Positions 29,136 to 39,501 of a DNA stretch of 64,000 nt are shown piece by piece; within the stretch, counting starts at the first letter, position 1; each line of letters opens with the position of its first letter. This DNA is from Patescibacteria group bacterium (GTDB lineage: Bacteria; Patescibacteriota; Microgenomatia; PFEM01; JAHIFH01): NCBI GenBank assembly GCA_035529375.1, contig DATKWU010000009.1:223124-287123 (forward strand), written 5' to 3'. Both the position numbers and the translations under genes were made by a program. A model generated the notes under the pieces. The model had not been told where the DNA came from. It did not search any database and worked only from the letters and a program-made list of their open reading frames with translations.

Positions 29136-30875
29136 ATGGCTGACCTGTCCCAAGATCAATCGCTAAAACCGAACCCAACCACAAATCCGCCTGGGGATAA
29201 TCAACCTTCCCAAAATCAGGATGTCCAGATACCAACGCCACCAACTGAACAACCGACTTCAACTCCTTCAACCAGTGATTCTTCTTTTCCACCAATCAAG
29301 GAAGAAGAAAAATTTGCTACTCCAAAACAAGAAGAAATCAAAAAGGAACTTTCCGAATTAGGGATTTCGCCTAAAGGTAGTTCTAAAAAAACTCGGGTTT
29401 TATTAGCTACCCTTGGTGTTCTCTTTTTGATTGCCACTTTGCCAGCCGCTGTTTATTTAGTCAAGCAAAGACAGGAGATAAAAACTGAAGCTTCAGTCGG
29501 TACTCTAGAACATTGCACTTTACCCAATTGTACTGTCACAGTTGGCCCTGATTATCTTTCCTTTGTAGCCAATGGGCACGGAACCAAAACTACCAAAACA
29601 CCCACGGTTAACCTAAATATTCCTACTGGTTCTACTGTTTTTAAAGCTTTTGCTATCTGGGGAGGAGAAAGAAACGCTGATAAACCTAAAGACAGAAATT
29701 TTAATTTAAGTATCAATAATCAGGCAGCTCAACCAGTTACGGCTGAAGCCGAATTTAATACTTACGTTGAACAATACAATAGTGCTCCTGAGGTATTTCT
29801 CGCCGACATTACTTCATTAATACCCACAAACACCACCCAATTTAATTTTAGGATCACGGGAGGATTTCTTGATGGTAGTTATGGTTCTGATGGTGGTGGT
29901 GGCGCTGGTTATGGTGTTGCCTATATTGTTGTTTACAAAAACCCTGCTAATTCTTACAACAAACTGGTGATTAAACTTTGGGGTGAATTTGTTTTCCGCA
30001 ATTTATCAACTAATATGGACTTTAATATTCATGATCGAAAAACAGGCTCCGATAAACTCAGAATGGCCTTTTTCTTTGGCGAGGGGGAAGGTTCGATGGT
30101 AGGTGACTCCCGACCTAACTACCTCTATTATAATGAAGCAAATAATCAACAATTAAATCCAACCGATGGGACCGCTTTTCCCGCTTGGGGTACTGACCCT
30201 AGTGATTGGTGGGATACCAGAATTACTGGGGATGATTTACCGAAAATCAGTGCCTTAAGTAACACAGCTACTTTTCATACTTATTCACCTAACCGGCCCG
30301 ATGAACCTAATGGTTTACTGGGTGACTCTATAGTCTGGGTTGGTGGTGTTGTAGAATACGAAGTGGAACCCCCAACATATGGCTGTTGGGACGAGTGTAG
30401 TACTCAAAGCAATTGTGATCTGGCTGGCTATATCTGTGCTATCCCTACTGGTGATACTAGTCAAACTAAAAGATGTCTTAATCCTCAATGTCCTAGTGAA
30501 GAGACTTGTGTTTGTACTCCTCCTCTTTGTACTAGCTTAACAGCTTCGCCATCAGCCGAAACTTTAGGTGAAAGTGATGAAGTTCAATTTATCTGCAAGG
30601 GTACGGCTGGAACAGATGACTCAATTGATCGAATTGAATTTAAGGTTCAGGTTAATGATGAATGGCAGACTCCAGTTGCAGCTGATAACATTACCGAATT
30701 AGATGGAGAATACGAAGGAAAAATCAACTACACCATTCCAAAAGCAGGTGACTACCAAGTTCAATGTCGGGTTTGCACCACTAATGAACAAATGACTTGT
30801 GACGACCAAGGTTGTGCCAGCAGTGCGACTATTAAATGCACTGAGTGGGGTAAAGCAGCAGTAGAGGGATCATAA
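29136..30875 (+). CDS. Large secreted/anchored hypothetical protein with Cys-rich C-terminal modules
   Basis: 579 aa; N-terminal Pro/Thr-rich region, TM, many Cys in the C-terminal 200 aa (CWDECSTQSNCDLAGYICAIP...). Confidence 0.4.
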   Translation: MADLSQDQSLKPNPTTNPPGDNQPSQNQDVQIPTPPTEQPTSTPSTSDSSFPPIKEEEKFATPKQEEIKKELSELGISPKGSSKKTRVLLATLGVLFLIATLPAAVYLVKQRQEIKTEASVGTLEHCTLPNCTVTVGPDYLSFVANGHGTKTTKTPTVNLNIPTGSTVFKAFAIWGGERNADKPKDRNFNLSINNQAAQPVTAEAEFNTYVEQYNSAPEVFLADITSLIPTNTTQFNFRITGGFLDGSYGSDGGGGAGYGVAYIVVYKNPANSYNKLVIKLWGEFVFRNLSTNMDFNIHDRKTGSDKLRMAFFFGEGEGSMVGDSRPNYLYYNEANNQQLNPTDGTAFPAWGTDPSDWWDTRITGDDLPKISALSNTATFHTYSPNRPDEPNGLLGDSIVWVGGVVEYEVEPPTYGCWDECSTQSNCDLAGYICAIPTGDTSQTKRCLNPQCPSEETCVCTPPLCTSLTASPSAETLGESDEVQFICKGTAGTDDSIDRIEFKVQVNDEWQTPVAADNITELDGEYEGKINYTIPKAGDYQVQCRVCTTNEQMTCDDQGCASSATIKCTEWGKAAVEGS

Positions 30876-31420
30876 TGAAAGAATTTTTAAAGAAAAATTG
30901 GCAAATTAGCCTGGTTGGTTTTACCACCTTAATCTTGGCGGTAATTGCTTTGGCTACTGCCTGGCGTTTATATCAGGTAGGTAAAGAACCAATTGCACCA
31001 ACTGCACCCACCTCTTTTCCTCAGGCTGACGAACCGGAAGAACCACTCGAAGAAGCAGTTTGTACCTTAGAATTCACAATAGAAGCCATTAGCTGTTACG
31101 ATGCTTGTACAGTAGATACTGATTGTCCTCAGAACTTCGGGGATGATGAAGTTGACCTAGTTTGTGATGAAGATGAAAACATCTGTGTGAATGAGAGCTG
31201 TTCTGATGAAGATGACTGTGTATGTCCAGAAGAAAGCCACACACCTACACCGACTCCGAGCCCTTCACCTTCAGTAGCAGGTTCCCCTGTTCCTAGCCCG
31301 AGCCTAGTACCATCACCTTCACCTCAACAAGTTGAATTGCCAGAGGCAGGGATTATCTCACCAACAATCTTGGCGACTCTTGGAGGAATTATTCTTGTTC
31401 TGATTGGTCTTCTTCTTTGA
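30875..31420 (+). CDS. Cys-rich surface protein with Pro/Ser/Thr linker and C-terminal LPEAG-hydrophobic tail (sortase-signal-like)
   Basis: 181 aa; N-terminal TM; CxxC-rich core; ...PSPSPQQVELPEAGIISPTILATLGGIILVLIGLLL. Confidence 0.4.
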   Translation: MKEFLKKNWQISLVGFTTLILAVIALATAWRLYQVGKEPIAPTAPTSFPQADEPEEPLEEAVCTLEFTIEAISCYDACTVDTDCPQNFGDDEVDLVCDEDENICVNESCSDEDDCVCPEESHTPTPTPSPSPSVAGSPVPSPSLVPSPSPQQVELPEAGIISPTILATLGGIILVLIGLLL

Positions 31421-31421
31421 T

Positions 31422-33893
31422 CTATTTCCAAGAAGGGAAAAAATAATAAAGATTGTCTAGCCATTTAGGAATATAGAGTCCTGTCCAGTGAGGATAGAAA
31501 AAGAAAAAAGTAATGATAACTAGTAGCGAATAATAAATCACTATTCGCGAAAATCTTTTCTTTTTCCATAACCAATTTAGAGCCCAGCCCAAAAACAAAC
31601 CCAAAAAGACAACTGAAGGTAAATAGTGATGAATAAACATAATCCTGGGTGAAAAAATCCATGGTAAAAAGAAAGCAAAGTAAGCGAAAATTACGATCCC
31701 CAATTCTTGACTACGTTTTTTAAAAGCTTGCCAAATGACTAAAGGCAAACTAAACAAACCACCCCACCAAATAATTGGATTGCCCATCGCATAAATATTG
31801 GCAATTGCCTCTGGTCGATAGCCTACAAAAAACCAAACCGGCTTGACTAACAAAGGCCAAGACAAGGCTGGTGATTGGTAATGATGAGTGGCTGTTAGTC
31901 GCGTATGATACCACCACATCTGCTGTTGTAATTGCCACCATTGATCCAAAGAGTGACTGGTCAGAAAAAAAGGTAAATAAACAAGGAGATAAACAACAAT
32001 TGGTAAAAGAAGGAAACAAAGAACAAAAATAAAACTGGTTCGCTTTAAAAAATCAAATCGTTTTTTTTGTTTTAAAAACTCAATCAATTGCCATAAACCT
32101 AAGATTGGTAAAAGATAAATCGCTGTCCATTTAGAAGACAGCGCTAAGCCAAAACTTAATCCGGCAAACAGATATCTTTTTTCTAAAAAAAGCCAAAGAG
32201 TTAATAAACTAAAGAAGAGAAAATAAATATCATTCATCCCGATTCGACTCATTACTAAAAGCAAACCATCAAAAGCTAGGAGAAAGGTGGCGAAAAACGC
32301 TACTCGTTGATTGAATAATTTTTTCCCAATTAAGTAAACTAGCCAGAGACAACCAACGCCAAAAAGAGCGCTAAAAAGCCGCCAGGCAAAAGCCGTTTCG
32401 CCAAAAACAAAGATCCCTAAAGTTATAAAAAGTTTAGCTAAAGGCGGGTGGGTCCATTCATAAGCCACCCCTTCAGGTGCCTGGTGCCACCACTCCCAGG
32501 CCGCCACCTGGCCTTTAGCCATTTCGGTAGCCGTAAAAGCATGATAAACCTCATCAAAATAAAATCTTGGTGGCTCGCCTAATTGCCAAAATCTGAATAA
32601 AAAAGAAAAAAATAATAGTAAAATAATAATTCTGTTTCTGGAAATAATTTTTCTTATTTTTGGCCAATTAATTTTAATTCTTTTAAACACCAAAATAATA
32701 AAAGCTAAACTAATCAAAGTAATCGCGATTGAAAACAAATTAATCCATGGCCAACTAAAAATAAATTCCCCGTTTTTTAACAACCACACTAAGGCAAAAT
32801 ATAAATTGGCCGTAGAAATTAAAGAAATAATTAATAAGGCAAGACCATACCAAAAACTAAATCCAGTTAAAATGGTGAGAAAAGGCAAAACAGTAAAAAT
32901 GTGTCTTTCGTGAACCCGAGTGGCAAAACTAAAAAGCACCAGAAACATCGTAGTCATGATTAACCAAATGTCTTCTCTTTTTCTTTTTTGCCAAATCAGC
33001 AAAAAACTTAATCCCAAAACAAAACTGATCATTAATAAACCCCAATGTTGATAAGTAATTCCCCAAAAACGGATTTGATCAGACTGCCACCAATGATTGT
33101 TAATTGCCCAAAAATTAAAAGCATTGACTGAAGTATAGGGATAAACCGAAAAAGCATATTGATACCTCTCAATTAACAAACCTAAAGGATCCTTAAGGGA
33201 AAAAGGCAGAGTGATCAAGAAAACACCAGTCAAAATAGCCGCCGCAAAATTTCTAATGGGTTTATATTTTTGCCACCAGTTGCCTTTTTTCTTTTGCTTT
33301 TGCCAAACCAGGAGACCAAGGATCGGTAAAACTAAGAAATAAATTGGTTTCATGGTTAAAGAAAGGCCAATTAAGAATCCTGAAGAAACAAAACGATTAC
33401 CTAAGAGAAAGTAAACTGAGGCCAAAAGAAGTAAAGCTCCTAGGGCATCAACTTGACCCCAAAGACTACTGTTAAAAAAAACGGCCACGTTAAAAAGATA
33501 GCCAGCTGTTAACCAGAGGGCAATTTTTTTAGATTTCTTTTTGAGAATAAGAAAGATTAGGTAAGCGGTCCCAAAATCAGCCAAAGTCGCTGGCAGTTTA
33601 AAAAGGAGATCTTGAGAAAAATTAAGAAAGTGGCTAAGAAACCGCCAGGTTAAATCAATGCCGCCAAGAAAATAGAGATAAAAAGGTAAATAATCACAAA
33701 AACTAACTTCTTGATAAAATCGCTCAGGACCAAACTCAACCACCTTCTCAGACCAATAATGCCATAAGCCCATATCAGAGGAGTGAGTGCCGTAAGGTAA
33801 TAAAATCAATCTGAAGACAAAGGCAAGAGAGAAAATAGTTAGTAGTTTTCTTTTTAAGAAAAACCTAGTTATTCTCGAGTAAGTTTTGGACAT
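31422..33893 (-). CDS. Two-module polytopic GT-C glycosyltransferase (N-terminal GT-C-like module + C-terminal PMT/ArnT-like module)
   Basis: 823 aa, more than 20 TM; C-terminal half carries the YFDEVYHAFTATEM motif (DE motif of the PMT/GT39 family). Confidence 0.5.
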   Translation of the reverse strand: MSKTYSRITRFFLKRKLLTIFSLAFVFRLILLPYGTHSSDMGLWHYWSEKVVEFGPERFYQEVSFCDYLPFYLYFLGGIDLTWRFLSHFLNFSQDLLFKLPATLADFGTAYLIFLILKKKSKKIALWLTAGYLFNVAVFFNSSLWGQVDALGALLLLASVYFLLGNRFVSSGFLIGLSLTMKPIYFLVLPILGLLVWQKQKKKGNWWQKYKPIRNFAAAILTGVFLITLPFSLKDPLGLLIERYQYAFSVYPYTSVNAFNFWAINNHWWQSDQIRFWGITYQHWGLLMISFVLGLSFLLIWQKRKREDIWLIMTTMFLVLFSFATRVHERHIFTVLPFLTILTGFSFWYGLALLIISLISTANLYFALVWLLKNGEFIFSWPWINLFSIAITLISLAFIILVFKRIKINWPKIRKIISRNRIIILLLFFSFLFRFWQLGEPPRFYFDEVYHAFTATEMAKGQVAAWEWWHQAPEGVAYEWTHPPLAKLFITLGIFVFGETAFAWRLFSALFGVGCLWLVYLIGKKLFNQRVAFFATFLLAFDGLLLVMSRIGMNDIYFLFFSLLTLWLFLEKRYLFAGLSFGLALSSKWTAIYLLPILGLWQLIEFLKQKKRFDFLKRTSFIFVLCFLLLPIVVYLLVYLPFFLTSHSLDQWWQLQQQMWWYHTRLTATHHYQSPALSWPLLVKPVWFFVGYRPEAIANIYAMGNPIIWWGGLFSLPLVIWQAFKKRSQELGIVIFAYFAFFLPWIFSPRIMFIHHYLPSVVFLGLFLGWALNWLWKKKRFSRIVIYYSLLVIITFFFFYPHWTGLYIPKWLDNLYYFFPSWK

Positions 33894-34968
33894 ATGCTTG
33901 AATTTCTTGCCAATCGCCTGTTCGAGGAATTAAAACCCAGTGGTTGTCATATTTCTGCGGGTTAGGTGGCGGATTGATCAAATAACTCTCTTTGCCTTCG
34001 ACACCACCATCTAAAATTTCTGAGTTTAAGTCACCGGAACGCATTTTCAGTAAAAGTTTTACCATACCTCCCCAATTCTTTTGGGAAATATCGGTCTCAA
34101 AATTCTGCTGAGCTACTTTAATTAATCGAATTATTTCAAAAGGATTTCTCAAAACTTTAAAAGAAAAGAGTTTATTTTTAATAGCGGCTAACAATTGTTG
34201 TTGACGACGACTGCGAGCATAGTCAGTTCCTTCTTCGCCTTCAGCATAGCGACTCCGAACGTATTTCAAAGCTGTTTCTCCATCCATTACTTGTTCGCCG
34301 GCATCAAAATGAAGATGTTCGTAACGACAACCATACTCTGGATCACCACCACATTCATCATTTTCTTTACCCGGAATTGGGTAGTAAAAATCATCAAAAT
34401 TATTTTCAACCTTTAGAGTCACCCCACCTAAAAGATCGATTATTTGCTCAAAACCAGAAAAGTCAATGACAATGCCATAATCAACTGGTTGGTTTAAAAT
34501 CTCGGCGACTGAGGCTTTGGCTAGGAGTAAACCTCCGCCTGGTTTTTTTTCATTACCATAATGATAAGCTGTATTTAATTTGGCTCTCATCGAAGCTAGC
34601 CAAATATCTCTAGGTAGGGACAGCATTAAGGTATTGCCAGTTTGGGGATTGATCGAAACAAAAATGATTGTATCAGTTAGATCAGCACCTGCTTTCTCCT
34701 CGTCACTCACCCCTAAAAGCAAAAGATTAACCCGACCATTACCTCCCTTAAGATCTTCGGGAGATTGACTAATCAAAGAAATACCCCCAGAAATTAGGTT
34801 GCCAGTTAATCTAGCTCCCATAATTATTGATGGTGTAGCGGCCCTAATAATCAAAATTGCTAAGATAGTGGTAATCACTATCAGGCCTAGACGAATTTGA
34901 GGAAAATAACGAGCCGCTAATCTTCTTATCTTGGAAAGATTGGTTTTTAACTCTTTCTTCATTAACAT
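33865..34968 (-). CDS. LytR-CpsA-Psr (LCP) family cell-wall polymer ligase
   Basis: N-terminal TM; NLLLLGVSDEE...DTIIFVSINPQTGNTLMLSLPRD LCP signature. Confidence 0.8.
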   Translation of the reverse strand: MLMKKELKTNLSKIRRLAARYFPQIRLGLIVITTILAILIIRAATPSIIMGARLTGNLISGGISLISQSPEDLKGGNGRVNLLLLGVSDEEKAGADLTDTIIFVSINPQTGNTLMLSLPRDIWLASMRAKLNTAYHYGNEKKPGGGLLLAKASVAEILNQPVDYGIVIDFSGFEQIIDLLGGVTLKVENNFDDFYYPIPGKENDECGGDPEYGCRYEHLHFDAGEQVMDGETALKYVRSRYAEGEEGTDYARSRRQQQLLAAIKNKLFSFKVLRNPFEIIRLIKVAQQNFETDISQKNWGGMVKLLLKMRSGDLNSEILDGGVEGKESYLINPPPNPQKYDNHWVLIPRTGDWQEIQAYVQNLLENN

Positions 34969-34974
34969 GCTAAA

Positions 34975-36789
34975 ATGCCTCTAGTGTTAAGCCATATTCT
35001 AACCCAACTCAACCCTTCCCAGCAAGAAGCCGTTACTTTTGGCGAAGGGCCCCTTTTGATTCTAGCGGGTGCCGGTAGTGGGAAAACTCGCGCCTTAACT
35101 TTCCGAACTGCCTATTTAATTCAGGAAAAAAAGATCCCTTCAGAAAATATTCTTTTATTAACTTTTACTAACAAAGCCGCTGGCGAAATGAAAGAAAGAA
35201 TCCAAAAGTTACTCAGTCACTCCCAAAATGAACTCCCTTTTGCCGGGACTTTTCATTCTTTTTGCGCTCGCCTCTTAAGAACTGAAGGAAAACATCTTGG
35301 CATCTCCCCTAACTACAGTATTTATGATGAAGCTGATCAGCTAGAAACAATTAAATTAGCGATGATCAAAATCGATGCTTCGTCAAAAGAATTCAAACCT
35401 GCTTCGATTTTAAACACTATCTCCCAAGTAAAAAACGAGCTTATCTCGGCAGCTGAATATCCCCAATATGCTCGGGGTTTTTTCCAAGAAACAGTGGCTC
35501 GAGTTTATTTGGCTTACCAAAAATTACTTAAAGAATACCAGGCCCTAGATTTTGATGACTTATTATTTGAGACTGTTAGACTTTTTCAAAAAGAAAAACC
35601 AGTTTTGCAGAAATATCAAAATCAATTTCAATATCTTCTCATTGACGAATATCAGGATACCAACCAGGCCCAGTATATTCTAACCAAACTCCTAGCCAAT
35701 AAATGGCGTAATCTCTGCGCTGTTGGTGACGCCGCCCAAGCTATCTATGGCTGGCGGGGAGCTAATTATCGCAACCTAATGAGTCTTAAAAAGGATTTTC
35801 CTGACTTAACCATTATTAATCTGGAACAAAATTATCGTTCCACCCAAAACATTCTCCAAGCCGCTAATGGAGTCATTAGAAAAAACACCAAACATCCGAT
35901 TCTCAATCTCTGGACCAAAAATCAGGCTGGCGAAAAATTAATCGTCTTTGAAGCTAATAACGAGCAGGAAGAAGCCCAATATATTATTAATGGTATTGTC
36001 AGTCAAGGCGGTGATTACAATGATTACGTTGTTCTCTATCGGACCAACGCCCAATCCCGAGTTATTGAAGAAGCTTTTCTTCATGCTGGTTTACCTTACA
36101 CTCTGGTTGGTGGGACCCGCTTTTATGAAAGAAAGGAAATTAAAGATTGTTTAGCCTATTTAAGACTTTTAACCAACCCTAAAGACATGGCCTCTTATAA
36201 GAGAATCCAAAAATTAGGTAAAAGAAGATTTAAAAAATTCCTTAAATTTACTGAAGAATTCGATAAAAAGAAATCAAAGATTAGATTAACCACTCTGGAA
36301 ATTTTGGATAAAGTTCTTGAAGCTGCCGATTACTTAGATCTTTACAATAAAAAAGATGAAGCCGATTCAACAAGATTGGAAAATATTAAAGAACTTCGTT
36401 CGGTGGCTACCGAATTCCCCAAGCTAGATAATTTTTTAGAGAATGTTGCCCTTGTCCAGCAAGAATATCTGCCTCAAAACCCCATTCAAAATCAGAAAAA
36501 AAACGCGGTTACTTTAATGACGGTTCATGCCGCTAAAGGAACCGAATTCCCAGTTGTTTTTATGGTTGGAATGGAGGAGGGTCTCTTTCCTCATTCGCGG
36601 AGTATCATGGACAGAGAAGAACTTGAGGAAGAAAGACGCCTCTGTTATGTAGGCATGACTCGGGCTAAAGAAAAACTCTACCTTATTTATACTCACCAAC
36701 GCCTTTATTTTGGCCAACGTTCAACTAACCCACCTTCAAGATTCTTAGCTGATATTCCTCTTAATTTAGTTGAGACCTCATCGACTTGA
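34975..36789 (+). CDS. UvrD/PcrA-family ATP-dependent DNA helicase (short)
   Basis: Motif I AGAGSGKT, motif II DEYQDT, QNYRS and VHAAKGTEF motifs. Confidence 0.85.
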   Translation: MPLVLSHILTQLNPSQQEAVTFGEGPLLILAGAGSGKTRALTFRTAYLIQEKKIPSENILLLTFTNKAAGEMKERIQKLLSHSQNELPFAGTFHSFCARLLRTEGKHLGISPNYSIYDEADQLETIKLAMIKIDASSKEFKPASILNTISQVKNELISAAEYPQYARGFFQETVARVYLAYQKLLKEYQALDFDDLLFETVRLFQKEKPVLQKYQNQFQYLLIDEYQDTNQAQYILTKLLANKWRNLCAVGDAAQAIYGWRGANYRNLMSLKKDFPDLTIINLEQNYRSTQNILQAANGVIRKNTKHPILNLWTKNQAGEKLIVFEANNEQEEAQYIINGIVSQGGDYNDYVVLYRTNAQSRVIEEAFLHAGLPYTLVGGTRFYERKEIKDCLAYLRLLTNPKDMASYKRIQKLGKRRFKKFLKFTEEFDKKKSKIRLTTLEILDKVLEAADYLDLYNKKDEADSTRLENIKELRSVATEFPKLDNFLENVALVQQEYLPQNPIQNQKKNAVTLMTVHAAKGTEFPVVFMVGMEEGLFPHSRSIMDREELEEERRLCYVGMTRAKEKLYLIYTHQRLYFGQRSTNPPSRFLADIPLNLVETSST

Positions 36790-36806
36790 TTTGTTATCAT
36801 AGAACT

Positions 36807-37823
36807 ATGATTATTCGCGAAGTCCTGCCTGAAGAAAAAGATCAATTTAACACCGTAGTTAATCACCCTCTTCAAACTTGGGAATGGGGAGAATTCCGGA
36901 AAAAAACTGGTCTGGAAGTGATTCGTCTCGGCCTTTTTGATGAGAAAAAAATCAAGGCTGGTTACCAGGTCACTGTCCACCCTATCCCTAAACTCCCTTA
37001 TAGCATCATTTACTTTCCTAAGGGGCCAATGCCTGATAAAAGGTTGATTGACGCTTTGATTAAGCTAGGCCAAAAAGAAAAAGCGATTCTAGTTAAACTT
37101 GAGCCTAATATTTTGACTGACGAAAAAAATTCCAAACCTGAAGTTTGGCAAAACTTTAAGTTAAAGCCAGGCGACCCCTATTTCACCAAACATACCTTTT
37201 ACCTTGATTTAACTAAAAGTGATGAAGAATTAATGACGGCGATGAAACCAAAAACTCGTTATAATCTTCGCCTCTCTCAAAAACATGTGATCGAGGTAGC
37301 TGAGGATAACTCGCCAAAAGCCTTTGAGGTTTACCTTAAACTGATGGCTGAAACCACCAAAAGACAAGGTTTTTATGCCCATACCCCAGAATACCACCAA
37401 AAAATGTGGGAGACCCTTCAACCAACTGGTCTAGCTCATCTTTTAACGGCTGATTATCAAGGAAAAATTTTGGTCACCTGGGTTTTGTTTAAATTCAAAG
37501 ATGTTCTTTATTATCCTTATGGCTGGTCCACTAGAGAACACCAAAATGTGATGGCTTCTTACGCCATGATGTGGGCGGCGATTCAGTTTGGTAAAAAACA
37601 GGGCTGCAAGCTTTTTGATTTATGGGGAACACCTGGACCTGATCCCAGTCCCCAAGATCCTTGGTTTGGTTTTCATCGCTTTAAACTTGGCTTTGGCGCT
37701 AAAGTGGTGGAATTTGTTGGCACTTATGATTTGGTGATTGATCACCGTTTTTATCCTGTCTTTAACTTGGCTAATGCCTTACGCTGGAAATTACTTCGTC
37801 TAAGAACGAAACTGCCATTTTAA
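36807..37823 (+). CDS. FemAB-family peptidoglycan peptide-bridge aminoacyltransferase
   Basis: About 340 aa with the FemAB/GNAT-like two-domain pattern; start adjusted to MIIREV. Confidence 0.6.
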   Translation: MIIREVLPEEKDQFNTVVNHPLQTWEWGEFRKKTGLEVIRLGLFDEKKIKAGYQVTVHPIPKLPYSIIYFPKGPMPDKRLIDALIKLGQKEKAILVKLEPNILTDEKNSKPEVWQNFKLKPGDPYFTKHTFYLDLTKSDEELMTAMKPKTRYNLRLSQKHVIEVAEDNSPKAFEVYLKLMAETTKRQGFYAHTPEYHQKMWETLQPTGLAHLLTADYQGKILVTWVLFKFKDVLYYPYGWSTREHQNVMASYAMMWAAIQFGKKQGCKLFDLWGTPGPDPSPQDPWFGFHRFKLGFGAKVVEFVGTYDLVIDHRFYPVFNLANALRWKLLRLRTKLPF

Positions 37824-38654
37824 ATGGATTTACGTCAATCAAAGGAATTCGCCCACTATATGAGACTTTCTGGCTGGCGAGTAGAAAAAGTGAGTAATTG
37901 CTTTTTCTACATCCGTAAATTACCCTTGTTACCACCTCTGATTATGAAAGCCCAGTATCCTAATTCGCCGATTCCCTTCGAAGGGATTGAAAAACTGGCA
38001 AAAAAATACAAACCCCTTCAAATCCAAATCCAACCTTTAAAAACAGAACCAGGTTTGGAAAAGTATGGTTATCGATTAAGCGGTGGTGGTCATGTGACGA
38101 AAACTCTTCAAATTAACCTCAATCAATCTGAAAAGAAAATCCGTGAACAAATGAAGAAAGATGCTCGTTATAGCCTTAGAAAAGCAGAAAAAGAAAAATT
38201 ACAAATCATTGAAATACTTGATTTAGAAAAATTCCGGCAGGCCTGGAGAAAAGCTGTTGGCTGGCGAAAATATGTTCCTTCTTTAAAAAATTTAAAAAAT
38301 CTTAAAAAAGCCTTTACCAGAAAAGCTCTTTTTCTGACCGCTCAATCTCAAGGTAAAATTGTGGGCGGGACAATCATTCTAACTACTAATAGTAGTGCTT
38401 ACTATTACTCTGCCTTTACTTCTAAAGAAGGCCGAAAAAAATTAGCTCAATATCTTTTAGTTTGGGAGGCAATGAGATTAACTAAAAAAAGAGGTTGTCA
38501 GATTTTTGATTTTGAAGGGACCTATGATCAAAGATTTCCAATTAAAGATTGGCAAGGATTTAGTCATTTTAAAAAAAGTTTTGGTGGTCAAGAAGTTGAA
38601 TATCCAGGCTGTTTTAAAAAAATCTTCTTGAATTATCCAAAAGAAAGAGCCTAA
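37824..38654 (+). CDS. FemAB-like/GNAT-fold acyltransferase paralogue
   Basis: 276 aa; similar tandem arrangement; C-terminal GNAT-like core (QIFDFEGTYD...). Confidence 0.45.
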   Translation: MDLRQSKEFAHYMRLSGWRVEKVSNCFFYIRKLPLLPPLIMKAQYPNSPIPFEGIEKLAKKYKPLQIQIQPLKTEPGLEKYGYRLSGGGHVTKTLQINLNQSEKKIREQMKKDARYSLRKAEKEKLQIIEILDLEKFRQAWRKAVGWRKYVPSLKNLKNLKKAFTRKALFLTAQSQGKIVGGTIILTTNSSAYYYSAFTSKEGRKKLAQYLLVWEAMRLTKKRGCQIFDFEGTYDQRFPIKDWQGFSHFKKSFGGQEVEYPGCFKKIFLNYPKERA

Positions 38655-38709
38655 AGCTCACGTGAGCTAAAGGCTCCATGTACCTCCAGAAGTTTGTCCA
38701 GAAACTGGA

Positions 38710-39501
38710 CTATTTCGGCACCAGTATCTCCAAAACCCTCAATACACTAGAAGAGAGAGAGACTCTGGTCTCTGAGATAACCTTTATCCCTCCGCCGGCC
38801 CGAAAATCGCCAACTTGGAGATGAATATTGCCACACCAATTCACTGTCCTAGTGAATGCAGGAGTGGACGATTGCCGGGTTATCTCTGAACCATACGTAA
38901 GACGTAGCCAAAGCGCTTCTTCCGCCGTTGGAATGATTGCTCTGACTTCTCCCTCTAAGCTGGTCAACGCAGGGTTCCCAACCGCGAGCTCGGCACTACC
39001 AGTCTCGTGGCGCAGAACATCGGTTGTAGAATAAGCTGCGAGCGGCTGATCAGGTCGCCAAGCTATCTCCCTTGGTATCGTAGGAAAACTGTCAAACCGG
39101 GAAAGCTCTGGATACACTCGCGACCCCATAGTGTCGAAGTCCCACATCGAAACAAGGGTCATCCCTGGTGGAACGCTGACGATCTTATAGTTCATCTCCA
39201 CCAAAGCATTCTTTGCTAGTGGTTTGAACTTGCGCTCCAACTGGAGAACCTCTTTCAATTGAGGGAGATCAACTCGACGAGGATCAACTCGTAAGATGAG
39301 ATTCATCAACTCTGTTAACGGACGCTCTCCTTCCGCCAGCATCTGTGACTCTCCATGAGTCAAGTTGACTCGTGAAAGGATCCGCAACATAAGCTGACTC
39401 AGTTCACTCAACTGTCCTTTTGTTTGAGCACTCCGCTTTACATTCACGGCACACTCTCCTTTTCGCCAGTTAGTTCTGAAGGTACGAAGACAGCTTATCA
39501 T
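38710..39501 (-). CDS. Orphan protein in a GC-rich (about 50 %) compositional island; function unknown
   Basis: 263-aa ORF; R/L/S/T/E-rich composition unlike the K/I/N-rich host proteome. An internal Met at 39342 (MLAEGERP...) is preceded by a GGAGAG SD and may be the true start. Confidence 0.5.
   Translation of the reverse strand: MISCLRTFRTNWRKGECAVNVKRSAQTKGQLSELSQLMLRILSRVNLTHGESQMLAEGERPLTELMNLILRVDPRRVDLPQLKEVLQLERKFKPLAKNALVEMNYKIVSVPPGMTLVSMWDFDTMGSRVYPELSRFDSFPTIPREIAWRPDQPLAAYSTTDVLRHETGSAELAVGNPALTSLEGEVRAIIPTAEEALWLRLTYGSEITRQSSTPAFTRTVNWCGNIHLQVGDFRAGGGIKVISETRVSLSSSVLRVLEILVPK

Noticed and set aside
38828-39219. Two plus-strand 68-70-aa ORFs inside the 38.7-39.5 kb GC island
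   Set aside because: They are short, overlap the much longer minus-strand ORF and have no RBS; chance frames in GC-rich sequence.
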